From contig JACRCZ010000085.1 of assembly GCA_016218765.1 (NCBI GenBank), positions 871 to 64,870 of the forward strand: 64,000 nt of DNA, written 5' to 3'. Shown here one piece after another: positions 44,176-52,939 of the stretch. Position numbers and translations under genes: made by a program. The notes beneath the pieces are model-generated. The model was not told the DNA's origin. It ran no database searches and saw nothing but the letters and a program-made list of their open reading frames with translations. Origin of the DNA: Deltaproteobacteria bacterium (GTDB lineage: Bacteria > Myxococcota_A > Polyangia > DRWM01 > JAAZOP01). Position 1 is the first letter of the stretch. Every line of letters starts with the position of its first letter.

Positions 44176-44835
44176 TTAGGCGGCCTTCGTGATCTCGGAG
44201 GGTTCGGAGGCGGGTTGCGCGGGGGTTTCCGGAACACCCCCGTCGGCGGCCTGGAGCGCACGGTGCAAGGTCGCCGCGCCGATCCCCAGGACGCGGGCGA
44301 CCTCGCGGAGGGACTTGCCGGACGCGCGCAAGGCGAGGGCGCGGGGAAGGTCAACCTGGACGGGGGGCCGTCCGATCCGAGCCCCACGACGGCGGGCGGC
44401 GGCCAGACCCGACCGGACCCGCTCCCGGATCAAGTCGCGTTCGAGTTCGGCGACCGCAGCGACGATCACGAACACGGTCCGTCCCAGAGGGGTTGACGTG
44501 TCGATCTGCTCGCGCAGGCTCACGAAGTTGACCCCCAGCGCCGAGAACTCGTCCAGGGCCGCGAGAAGGTGCCGGGTCGAACGCGCGAACCTGTCGAACG
44601 AGGCGACCACGACCGTATCGATCTCCCTGCGACGGGCGGCGGCCATGAGGCGATCCAGGGCGGGGCGCTTTTCCCGAGCACCCGAGACGTGGTCCACGAA
44701 CGAATCCGTCAACGTCCACGCCCGCCGCAGGACGAATTCCCTGGTGTCGTCTTCCTGGCGATCGGTCCGCTGATCGGTCGTCGAAACCCGGAGGTACCGC
44801 GCGCACCGGATCGTCTTGGCCTGGTTCTGGTTCAT
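44176..44835 (-). CDS. serine recombinase (resolvase/invertase family)
   Basis: YLRVSTTDQ (catalytic Ser), VVVASFDRFARS, GVNFVSLREQIDTSTPLGR and a C-terminal HTH (GKSLREVARVLGIGAATLHR). AAGGAAGG SD before ATG 44835. Confidence 0.9.
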   Translation of the reverse strand: MNQNQAKTIRCARYLRVSTTDQRTDRQEDDTREFVLRRAWTLTDSFVDHVSGAREKRPALDRLMAAARRREIDTVVVASFDRFARSTRHLLAALDEFSALGVNFVSLREQIDTSTPLGRTVFVIVAAVAELERDLIRERVRSGLAAARRRGARIGRPPVQVDLPRALALRASGKSLREVARVLGIGAATLHRALQAADGGVPETPAQPASEPSEITKAA

Positions 44836-44866
44836 TGCTTCACCTTCCTTCCGCCTATCTATGGAC

Positions 44867-44918
44867 ATTCTAATAGAGTAACTATTTGCTTGTCAATAGA
44901 AAACGACTCGGGTAGGAT
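44867..44918. promoter_or_regulatory. divergent promoter pair with overlapping -35 boxes
   Basis: Plus strand: TTGTCA 44890-44895, N17, TAGGAT 44913-44918. Minus strand: TTGACA 44896-44891, N18, TAGAAT 44872-44867. An inverted repeat AATAG-N5-CTATT lies at 44872-44886. This is the most AT-rich 90 bp of the island. Confidence 0.45.
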
Positions 44919-44925
44919 CGGGGGC

Positions 44926-45186
44926 ATGAAGGCGCAGGAATTGGTTTCGATGTTGAAAGAACAGGCTCCGGGGGCCAGGGCGACGGTCTCGTACTACATG
45001 GCGGAGAAGGTCGCGCTGGAGGTGAAGGCGGTCGCGGCGGCCCGTGGGATCACGGCCAGCGAAGCGGCGGAGTGGCTGCTACGCGCCGGGCTGGCCTTCT
45101 ACCAGGAGTCCGGGGAGGAGAAGGGCGCGGCCGAGAAGGCGAGGGGCGGGGCGCCCCAGCGTCGTCGGCGGCACCCTCGGTCATGA
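44926..45186 (+). CDS. small ribbon-helix-helix-like protein (86 aa)
   Basis: ATVSYYMAEKVALEVKAVAAARGITASEAAEWLLRAGL fits a beta-strand/helix/helix (CopG/Arc) layout. The ATG is 7 nt after the predicted -10. Confidence 0.5.
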   Translation: MKAQELVSMLKEQAPGARATVSYYMAEKVALEVKAVAAARGITASEAAEWLLRAGLAFYQESGEEKGAAEKARGGAPQRRRRHPRS

Positions 45187-45207
45187 CCTTCCGGTGGAGT
45201 CCGTCCG

Positions 45208-45768
45208 TTACAGGTCCGCGCCCGTCGGCACGGGACACCCCTTCGGGCTGGTCCTGGCCGTCTTGCGTTCCCCGACCCCCAGCCGGACGCACAGGTCCCC
45301 GAACCGGTTCAAGACATCCGGCGACAGCTTGTCAGGTCCAGGGTACCGCATGCCGATTCCGCGGGATCGGGCCAGCACGTCTAGGAGCATCGCGAGGTTC
45401 TCGACCCCGTGGTGAATGAAGTGCCCCGTCTCGGAGACGACGATCAACTTGCTGCCCGTTCGCCGTTCGAGACCCTCGAACTCCTGGATCACCGCGGCTT
45501 GATCGTCTGCTGCGCCGCTCGCCCTTCGGAACAGGTCGGCGCTTCCCCGCATCTTGCGGCGCCCCCGTGGGGTCAACTTGCGTCTCGTCGTCCACGTCTT
45601 GTCCGTCTTCGTGTTCCTTTTCACCGTCGCACCTTTCTTCCGCCGGGACGTACCCGGCTGCGCTGCGGTCCGATCAGGCAAGGCCGATTCATTTCGGTAT
45701 CGCCCGATCGTGAACCGTGTAACGCCGTCCGCATCCCCCCCGTTCTTGATCGCCGCGGGACCCGGCAA
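45208..45768 (-). CDS. hypothetical protein, basic N-terminus, paralog of the next gene
   Basis: The start is 1 nt after the upstream stop. The C-terminal segment DDQAAVIQEFEGLERRTGSKLIVVSETGHFIHHGVENLAMLLDVLARS aligns with the neighbour. Confidence 0.5.
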   Translation of the reverse strand: MPGPAAIKNGGDADGVTRFTIGRYRNESALPDRTAAQPGTSRRKKGATVKRNTKTDKTWTTRRKLTPRGRRKMRGSADLFRRASGAADDQAAVIQEFEGLERRTGSKLIVVSETGHFIHHGVENLAMLLDVLARSRGIGMRYPGPDKLSPDVLNRFGDLCVRLGVGERKTARTSPKGCPVPTGADL

Positions 45769-45769
45769 T

Positions 45770-46387
45770 CTACCGTTCCCCGTCGACCGTCGTGTCGGTC
45801 GAGGTCCCCTCCGTCTTCCCCGCGGTCTCCGTGGCGCCGCGGGCCAGCAAATCGATCACCTCCGCCAGCACCTCGATCCCGTAGACGGGGACGAAACTTG
45901 TTCCATGGACGATGATCAGCCGCACCCCCGTCCGACGCTCCAGGAGTCGGAATACCTCGGTTGCGTCGTCGTCGCTGAGTTCCGCTGGATTCGGCCTTGC
46001 GAGAAGGTACCGGCCGCAGATCCGGGCGAGTAGCGCACCGCGATCTTTCGTGTCGATCTCTCCCTCGGTTCGGGCCAACGCCTTCTCGACGATCTTGAAA
46101 TCGCTGAGGGGGTCGTCGTCCGCATCTACGAGGGCGAAGGGGACGATGCGAACGACTTGTGCAGAGCCGCTGTTCAAGTTGATCGACGGCTTCGTCGGTG
46201 CGCTCGATCCCGTAGGCGACCCGCTCGATTCTGCATCGGGGCGATCTCGGTCTGCGGGGCTTGAATCGTCGGGGATGCAGTCTCCGGCTTCCTCCGCACG
46301 GGGCGTGCGCGTGCCCCCGGAACCGTCGAACGAAATCGAGGGCTGATCCATCGCCTGCCCTCCGTCGGCTTGCTTGGGGCGCTTCAT
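45770..46387 (-). CDS. hypothetical protein, acidic, paralog of the previous gene
   Basis: GGAG SD before ATG 46387. The C-terminal segment DDDATEVFRLLERRTGVRLIIVHGTSFVPVYGIEVLAEVIDLLARG is shared with 45208-45768. Confidence 0.5.
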   Translation of the reverse strand: MKRPKQADGGQAMDQPSISFDGSGGTRTPRAEEAGDCIPDDSSPADRDRPDAESSGSPTGSSAPTKPSINLNSGSAQVVRIVPFALVDADDDPLSDFKIVEKALARTEGEIDTKDRGALLARICGRYLLARPNPAELSDDDATEVFRLLERRTGVRLIIVHGTSFVPVYGIEVLAEVIDLLARGATETAGKTEGTSTDTTVDGER

Positions 46388-46586
46388 TCCGCATTCTCCC
46401 CTTCGTGGACCATCCGGTCCGCCGCATGCGTCGGCCGAATTCGTTCCGGGCGAGGTGCAGACCGTTTCGTTTGCGCGGGGTGGCGACGTTCTTGACCGCG
46501 CGTTCGGGAGGGACCACGCGGTCCACCATCGTCCGGTCGCCGAAGTTGTCGATCGACTCCGCCACGATCGAAGCGGGCCGAGCGTT

Positions 46587-47255
46587 TCATCGCGTGCCCC
46601 ACGATGCGAAGAGGCGCCGCCCACGAAGCGCGGCGACCATGACCTGCAACTGGTCGCGATCGAGCGCCCCAGGATCGGGCGCAGAATCGTCTCGCTTCGA
46701 GAGGTATCCGCAAAAAGCGTCGGGGTCGTAGATCCAATGCCTCCCTTTTTCGATCGCAACCGTTCCCTCCCCGCCGGTTGCTGTGCGCCAGAGATGATCG
46801 ACGTCGTCGAGGTCTACAGCGCCCTCTTCGATGATCAGGTGGGCGTGCGCATCCCATCGCAACCCGTCGGGCGTTCGACACGCCTCGACGACCGCCACCA
46901 TCGGATTCGCCGTGCGAAACGGTGCACGTCGCCGAAGTTCCGTGAGCCCTGCGCGAACTCGATCGAGCGCCCATCCCAGATCCGTCGGTAGCCGAGAGAT
47001 CACCTTCACGACGAACGTGATCGGATCGTTCATCGCGTCGATCAACCCGCGCAAACGCGCGTTGATCTCGGCGGCCTTCTTTCGAGCGCACGCAGGGCAG
47101 AACCGATCTTTGCACGCCCAGGGACCACGCGGTCCGGCGAAGGCGCCACAGCGACGGATCCGGTTCGCACGCCTGACAAGCCCGATCCGCTCGAATTCCG
47201 CCGCCCGTTGATCTTGAAGCTGCTGTAGCTGCTGCCGATACGTCTTCCGGCTCAT
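46587..47255 (-). CDS. rep: HUH-type rolling-circle replication initiator (Rep)
   Basis: Cys cluster CGAF...CKDRFCPACARKK as in RCR plasmid/phage Rep proteins. HUH motif WDAHAHLIIE. Candidate catalytic Tyr in FCGYLSK. Confidence 0.7.
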   Translation of the reverse strand: MSRKTYRQQLQQLQDQRAAEFERIGLVRRANRIRRCGAFAGPRGPWACKDRFCPACARKKAAEINARLRGLIDAMNDPITFVVKVISRLPTDLGWALDRVRAGLTELRRRAPFRTANPMVAVVEACRTPDGLRWDAHAHLIIEEGAVDLDDVDHLWRTATGGEGTVAIEKGRHWIYDPDAFCGYLSKRDDSAPDPGALDRDQLQVMVAALRGRRLFASWGTR

Positions 47256-47281
47256 GGGTTCACCTGCCCTAGCTCTCCGTC

Positions 47282-47575
47282 CTACTGATCTCGGTGTGAC
47301 GGCGTTTCTGATTCGAGGACGCCCGAGACCTCGTTCGTGTCGGAGCCAGCGGGATGCGCTTGGTGATCCCGAGATCGATCCTTGCCGGGAGAAACGCCGA
47401 CAACTTCGACCCGGTGTTGGGCCACCCAGGCGATCAGGTCCGCGCGGGAGAAGCGGACGATCCGCGCGCCCAGACGGTGGTGGGGGAGTTGCCTTCGTGC
47501 CGTCATGCTGTACAGCGTCCCCACCTTGACGTGCAGGAATTCCGCCGCCTCGGCGTAGGTCATGAAGTCGTTCAT
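47282..47575 (-). CDS. xis: AlpA/excisionase-type HTH protein
   Basis: MTYAEAAEFLHVKVGTLYSMTARRQLPHHRLGARIVRFSRADLIAWV is a canonical Xis/AlpA winged helix. It lies between int and rep. Confidence 0.8.
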   Translation of the reverse strand: MNDFMTYAEAAEFLHVKVGTLYSMTARRQLPHHRLGARIVRFSRADLIAWVAQHRVEVVGVSPGKDRSRDHQAHPAGSDTNEVSGVLESETPSHRDQ

Positions 47576-47757
47576 CGCAGCCTCCTAGCGCGAGCCGGCT
47601 CCCGGCCCGTCGCGAACAGTTGTACGCCGCGCGCGGGTAGCCGGTCTCCTGCAAGGCGAGGGCCGGGCGTTGCAGGAACCGGCGGCAGGCGTGGACGGCC
47701 GCGAACCGGCACGACGCAAGCCGCGCATGGCAGGGGACGAGTGCGGCAGGGAGTTCG

Positions 47758-48912
47758 CTACTCGGACTTCCCGGCGTTCAAGGACACGACCTCGCCAGAC
47801 CGAAGGGTCCCGGTCCCGCCAAGCCGCCCGTAGTCGGCGGCGAAGGCGGACGGAGCGAGGTGCGCGTAGCGCATGGTCATCTGGATCGACTGGTGCCCCA
47901 GGATCTTCTGGAGACGGAACAGATCGCCGCCCTTGCGCATGTACGCGGACGCGAAGGTGTGGCGCATGTCGTGAAAACGGATGTACCGGACCACGCGGTC
48001 CCCGATCATCGTCGTCGGGAATCCGGCGGCATCTAGAACACGGTGCAGCACCTCTTGGAAAACGCGCGCCGACGGGCCGTGCATCTCGTGCGCCTCGTTC
48101 GGGAAGACCAGGGGGCCAGGGCAGCGCAGCCGCCACGCGCGGAGAACCGGCAGGAGAGGATCGAGGATCGGAACGTGGCGCACGCGGTCGCTCTTCGTCG
48201 GCCCGTCGAAACTGCGCTGCACCGTGATCAGCCGACCGTCCAGATCAACATCCTCCCAGAGCAGCGCCGCAAGTTCGCCCGCCCGCATCCCCGTGTAGAT
48301 CGCCGCGGCGTACAGCACGAACACGTTCTCGCCCTCCGCGCGGGCCGCCGTCAGGAAGCGGATGATCTCGTCGTCGGTGCGAAGGTACCGGTAGTCCCGG
48401 CGGAAGATCGGAACGCGGGGCTTGCGGATGCGGGGCAGGATCGCCAGCCATCCGAGATCGCGCGCCGCCCTCAGCATCGAAATCAACAGCGTCAAGATGT
48501 TCGCGACGGTCTTCCGATCGAGCCGCTCCCGCTCCGCAACGAAGCGATCGACGTGCTGCACGCCGAGCACCCGAAGACGCGACGGACCGAACGCAGGGCG
48601 GAGGTGGCGACGGATGATGCTCTCGTCGTCCTTGCGGCTGCGCTTCCCGGCCGCTCGGTTCGCGATCCAGTAGTCGGCGAGTTCGTCGAACGTCTTCTCG
48701 GGCGGGGTCGGCGCACGCAGCCCGCGGCGGATCTCCTCGACCTCGGCCTGGTGCTGGTGCAGCTTGAACGTGGCGTCACGGCGATCGTCGTAGACCTCGC
48801 TGCGGCGCTCGCCGTTCTCGTCGAGCCACCGGATCCGCCATTTCCCGCGATGCTGGATCGGCTTCGCCACGGCCTTGCTCCTACAGCGAGCAAGGACCGG
48901 CGGCACCTGCAA
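47758..48912 (-). CDS. int: tyrosine recombinase / phage-type integrase
   Basis: YTGMRAGEL, HDMRHTFAS and LGHQSIQMTMRYAHL (R-H-R-Y catalytic pattern). Lies adjacent to the intact tRNA-Met. Confidence 0.9.
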   Translation of the reverse strand: MQVPPVLARCRSKAVAKPIQHRGKWRIRWLDENGERRSEVYDDRRDATFKLHQHQAEVEEIRRGLRAPTPPEKTFDELADYWIANRAAGKRSRKDDESIIRRHLRPAFGPSRLRVLGVQHVDRFVAERERLDRKTVANILTLLISMLRAARDLGWLAILPRIRKPRVPIFRRDYRYLRTDDEIIRFLTAARAEGENVFVLYAAAIYTGMRAGELAALLWEDVDLDGRLITVQRSFDGPTKSDRVRHVPILDPLLPVLRAWRLRCPGPLVFPNEAHEMHGPSARVFQEVLHRVLDAAGFPTTMIGDRVVRYIRFHDMRHTFASAYMRKGGDLFRLQKILGHQSIQMTMRYAHLAPSAFAADYGRLGGTGTLRSGEVVSLNAGKSE

Positions 48913-49025
48913 CGACCCGCCTGCCGGTTGCAGGAACCGGTCAGGTCGGCTCTCCCGTGGCCCCAGGCAGGCCCCAGAAAGAAAAACGAGGAGCCGACCT
49001 TGCGGACAACTCCTCGTCTTCTCTA

Positions 49026-49100
<75 letters not shown>

Positions 49101-49302
49101 CCGGCCGGCGTCCTTCCCCATCCGCGCGGCGGAGGGGGACTATTCCACCCGCTCCATCGACTGTCAAGCACTGCTCGCGTACCGCCGACGCGCGCGGAGC
49201 CGCGGAGCGCGTGCGTCTTCCCCTTGACATGCCGCGCGGCGCAGATGGAGACTACGAGCTTGCGCCGCGCTCGGGTGGCGCGGCCGGAGACGGGGGTTCA
49301 CG

Positions 49303-49899
49303 ATGGCCACCAAGAGGGGCAACAGCAGGAAAATGAGCAGCGCAAGGAAGCGACCAACCACCGCGAAGAGCTCGACCCTCCCGGCATCCACACGCAAGAC
49401 GGCGAAGTCCGCGCGACCGGCCGCGCGACCGCAGGCCAAGGCCAAGGCACGCCCCGCGGCGCCGCCCGCCCGGCGGTCCTCGCCGGTCCGGATGCTCGAC
49501 GCGAACGCCGGACCGTCGGCCAACGGGCCGCGACGGCTCAACCGGGCCGAGCTGAAGGAGATGCGGAAGATCCTGGAGGACCGCCGCCAGGAGGTGATGC
49601 GCAACGCCCAGAAGACCCTCGGCGAAGGCATCCGGCTCGACGCCGCCGAGCTTCCGGACGACATGGACCTGGCCTCCAGCGAGTACCTGCAGTACTTCAA
49701 CCTGCGCCTGCGCGGCCGCGAGAAGACGTACCTGGAGAAGATCGAGCGCGCGATCCAGCGCATCGATTCCGGCTCGTTCGGCCAGTGCGACGAGTGCGGC
49801 GAGCCGATCGGGCTGGAGCGCCTGCGCGTGCGGCCCGAGGCCACGCTGTGCATCCGCTGCAAGGAAGCGCAGGAGCGCGAAGAGCAGCAGTTCGGCTAG
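49303..49899 (+). CDS. dksA: DksA/TraR-family C4 zinc-finger regulator with basic N-terminal extension
   Basis: Coiled-coil tip motif PDDMDLASSE (DxxDxA). Zinc finger CDECGEPIGLERLRVRPEATLCIRC. About 80 aa of Lys/Ala/Pro/Arg-rich N-terminus. Confidence 0.85.
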   Translation: MATKRGNSRKMSSARKRPTTAKSSTLPASTRKTAKSARPAARPQAKAKARPAAPPARRSSPVRMLDANAGPSANGPRRLNRAELKEMRKILEDRRQEVMRNAQKTLGEGIRLDAAELPDDMDLASSEYLQYFNLRLRGREKTYLEKIERAIQRIDSGSFGQCDECGEPIGLERLRVRPEATLCIRCKEAQEREEQQFG

Positions 49900-49905
49900 G
49901 ACGTT

Positions 49906-50115
49906 CTACGCCACGGCGTCCAGCAGCGCTTCGCGCGACGTGACGCCCCGTCCGGTACGGCGGTAGCTGCGCCGTCCGTCGCTCAGGCGCACGTCGGCCT
50001 CGATCACGCCGCGGCGGCGAAGGAACCGTACGCGCACGACCGCCTCCAGCGGCATGTCCTCCGGGAGAGCCTTCGCCCGTTCTCCGACCGCTTCCAGCAC
50101 ATCGATGATTTGCAT
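49906..50115 (-). CDS. hypothetical small protein (69 aa)
   Basis: ATG preceded by GGAGG (7-nt spacer). Ordinary composition. The remainder of track ORF 49906-50643 is Arg/Pro-rich junk. Confidence 0.5.
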   Translation of the reverse strand: MQIIDVLEAVGERAKALPEDMPLEAVVRVRFLRRRGVIEADVRLSDGRRSYRRTGRGVTSREALLDAVA

Positions 50116-50353
50116 GTCACGACCTCCGCGGTCGTGCCGTTTGCGGGTCGCGTGCCAGCGGGCGCGAGGCGCGGCGCGCGACGCAACACCCCGATTTCGC
50201 GCGGCGGGCGGCGCGCGCGGACGGACGCCGCTGACGACCTGGCAACGTCGGCGCCCCATGCCCGTCCGCGACGATGCCAACCTGGCAACCGGAACGCAGC
50301 GGCCTCCGGATCCGAAGACGGAAAGCCGGGAACGCCAGACGGGTGAGCGATCG

Positions 50354-51559
50354 CTACGCGATCGGACTGCCGCAGCCGCCGCAGAACTTCGCGCCGGACG
50401 CGGCCTCGACGCCGCACTTCTGGCAGAACTTCTTGGCCGGCGCCAGCGGTCCGCCGCACTCGGAGCAGAACTTGCCGGGGAGGACGATCTTGCCGCACTT
50501 CGGGCAGGTGACGCCCGCGCCGGCGGCGGCGCCGGGGGCGGCGCCCGGGGGCGGCGCGGCGGGGGTGCCTTGCGGGTAGCCGGGCTGCGGGTAGCCTGCG
50601 GGAGGGGGTGCGCCCTGCGGGTAGCCGGCCTGCGGGAAGCCACCCTGCTGCATCGCCTGCTGCTGCGCCATCATCTGCTGCTGCGCCATCATCCCGGCCA
50701 TGCCCATGCCCATGCCCATCCCGGCGCCGGCCATCGCCATGCCGCCGCCCTCGCCGCCCTTGGCCATCCCCTCGCCGGCGCCCATGACGGCCTTGCCCAT
50801 GGCGAGCTGCTGGTACCCGCCCAGGCCGCCGGCCATGCGGATGTAGGCGGCGTCCTTGAGCAGCTTCTTCAGCTCCTTCGCGTCGTCCTCGTTGATGGAG
50901 ACGACGAAGTTGCCGATGCGGATGATCTGGATGCCGTAGCTGTCGGTGTGCTTGCCGACGGACTTGATGACCTCCTCTTCGATCTCCTCGGTGTAGGCGC
51001 CGGAGGTGACGTCGAGCAGCGGCCACTTCTGCTTCACGAGCAGCTCGGCGACGCGGTCGCGGATGGTCTTCAAGAACAGGTCGCGGAACCAGCCGACGAA
51101 CGACTCGTTCTCCACCTTGGCCATGCCGGCGAGCCCGACGATGAGGCGTTCGGGCTGCACGACACGGAACGAGAAGTCGCCGTGGACCATGGTCTCGACG
51201 GCCATGCCGGTCTTGGGGTCTTCCTGGCTGCCGATCCGCCCGCCGAACTTGACGCTGGGGATCTCGCGGATGGAGACGAAGAACACCTCGGCCTTGAACA
51301 CGTTGCCGCCGGTGAACTTGTCGATGAGGTTGCCCAGGAAGGGGATGTTGGACGAGTCCAGCGTATGGCGGCCGGCGCGCAGCGTGCCGACGACCTGGCC
51401 GTCGCGGAAGAACACGCCGACCTCGTCGGCGTCCACGGTGAGCTGCGAGTACATCGGCACGGTCTCGTCGGGGTGCTTCCAGATGATCGACTGCTTCGCC
51501 TCGTCGGGGCGGGCGATCATCATCTCCTTGACGCCGCGCTTGATGAATCCGAGTACCAT
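50354..51559 (-). CDS. SPFH/Band-7-like domain protein with low-complexity linker and C-terminal double zinc ribbon
   Basis: The N-terminal 260 aa resemble the YdjI/virion-core-like SPFH fold family. A Gly/Met/Gln-rich linker with GYPQ repeats follows. Ends with CPKCG...CSECG and CQKCG...CGGCG. Confidence 0.75.
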   Translation of the reverse strand: MVLGFIKRGVKEMMIARPDEAKQSIIWKHPDETVPMYSQLTVDADEVGVFFRDGQVVGTLRAGRHTLDSSNIPFLGNLIDKFTGGNVFKAEVFFVSIREIPSVKFGGRIGSQEDPKTGMAVETMVHGDFSFRVVQPERLIVGLAGMAKVENESFVGWFRDLFLKTIRDRVAELLVKQKWPLLDVTSGAYTEEIEEEVIKSVGKHTDSYGIQIIRIGNFVVSINEDDAKELKKLLKDAAYIRMAGGLGGYQQLAMGKAVMGAGEGMAKGGEGGGMAMAGAGMGMGMGMAGMMAQQQMMAQQQAMQQGGFPQAGYPQGAPPPAGYPQPGYPQGTPAAPPPGAAPGAAAGAGVTCPKCGKIVLPGKFCSECGGPLAPAKKFCQKCGVEAASGAKFCGGCGSPIA

Positions 51560-51693
51560 CTTCTTCTCCTTCCCCCCGGGCAGGTCGGCCGGAGGCGCAA
51601 GGCCGCAGCATACGGGGCATGTTTGCGGGCGTCAACGGGCGACCCGTACCTCGTATTTCGCTCTTCGTCCTTCGTTCCGGAGCGGGGTCGGGG

Positions 51694-52872
51694 CTAGCGG
51701 TGCGCGCTCATTCTGGGGTCGACGGCGTCGCGGATGCCTTCGCCGACGAGGTTGTAGGCGGTGACGGTGACGAAGATCATGAGTCCGGGGAACGCGGTGA
51801 GCCACCACTTGCCCTCGTGGGCGAAGGCCTGGGTCAGAAGCTCGCCCCAGCTCGGAGTGGGCGGCGGGGTGCCGAAGCCGAGGAACGACAGCGCGCTTTC
51901 CAGCAGGACGGCGCCGGCGATGCCGAAGGTGGCGGACACGAAGACCGGCCCCATGGCGTTGGGCAGGACGTGGCGCACGAGGATCCGGCGGGGCGGAAGG
52001 CCCAGCGCCTGCGCGGCCATGACGAACTCCGCGGAGCGCAGGCGCAGCACCTCGCCCCGCACCAGCCGTGCCACCTCGGTCCAGCGCGTGAGGCCGATCA
52101 CCACCATGATCTGCAGGATCGACGCCGCGGGCAGCAGGCCCTGGATGATCAGCACGAAGAAGAACGCCGGGAACGCCATCAGCGCCTCGATCAGCCGCGT
52201 GACCCCGGCGTCGAGCCACCCGCCGTAGAAACCGGCGATCGCGCCGAGGAACACGCCGATGAAGACGTAGAGGGCGACGGCGACGAGCCCCACGCTGAGC
52301 GAGACGCGCGTGCCGTGGACCAGCCGGGCCAGCACGTCCCGGCCCCGATCGTCGGTCCCCAGCCAGTGGCTCGCGGAAGGCGCCTCCAGCGGCGCGATCC
52401 GGCCGTCGGCCTTCGATTGCAGCGGCCCCCACGGCACGAGCGGCAGGACCGCCCAGTCCTCGCCCTCGACCATCATCCTCCGCAGCGCGTCGTTGGTCAG
52501 CGGACGCAGCTCCGGGTAGTCGATGACGTTGGGGAACGCGTAGTGCCGCCCGTCGAGCTTGAGCCAGATCGGCTTGTCGGAGGCGAGGAAGTCGGCGCCG
52601 AGCGCGACGAGGGCGAGCAGGGCGACGACGATGGCGCCGGCGCGGTTCCACGGCGAGCGCCAGAACGTGCGGAAGGCGGAATGGCGACGCGGCCGCGCGG
52701 CGCCGCGTTCCTGGTTCCTGGTTCCCGGTTCCTGGCCCGAACCGGCGCCGCGGCGACGCCAGGGGCCGGGGAGGCGGCGGGCCAGCCCGGCGACGGCCGA
52801 GCCGGCGCGCCGCGTCGCCGCGCCTGCCGTCGCCGCCCACGTCCGCAGCCGGAGCCCTACGCCCATCGCCAC
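51694..52872 (-). CDS. ABC transporter permease (OppC/DppC type)
   Basis: HWLGTDDRGRDVLARLVHG and the EAA-loop region EFVMAAQALGLPPRRILVRHVLPNA are typical of the peptide/nickel permease family. Confidence 0.85.
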   Translation of the reverse strand: MAMGVGLRLRTWAATAGAATRRAGSAVAGLARRLPGPWRRRGAGSGQEPGTRNQERGAARPRRHSAFRTFWRSPWNRAGAIVVALLALVALGADFLASDKPIWLKLDGRHYAFPNVIDYPELRPLTNDALRRMMVEGEDWAVLPLVPWGPLQSKADGRIAPLEAPSASHWLGTDDRGRDVLARLVHGTRVSLSVGLVAVALYVFIGVFLGAIAGFYGGWLDAGVTRLIEALMAFPAFFFVLIIQGLLPAASILQIMVVIGLTRWTEVARLVRGEVLRLRSAEFVMAAQALGLPPRRILVRHVLPNAMGPVFVSATFGIAGAVLLESALSFLGFGTPPPTPSWGELLTQAFAHEGKWWLTAFPGLMIFVTVTAYNLVGEGIRDAVDPRMSAHR

Positions 52873-52939
52873 CCCTGCGCCGCGGGGTCCGGGGCGCCCA
52901 TCCGGAACGAGAAGCGAACGACGAAAGACGGAAGACGCC

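Noticed and set aside
44136-44925. Invertible DNA segment controlled by the serine recombinase
   Set aside because: I looked for inverted repeats flanking the recombinase gene and adjacent promoter region. I found only the short AATAG/CTATT hairpin, with no convincing hix/gix-like pair visible by eye.
50240-50298. Two sigma54-like elements on the plus strand: TGGCAA-N5-GCGC at 50240-50254 and TGGCAA-N5-ACGCA at 50283-50298
   Set aside because: They point into the antisense of the SPFH gene with no plus-strand gene downstream. The -12 regions are imperfect. This is more likely a chance direct repeat (ACCTGGCAAC); I leave it as unverified.
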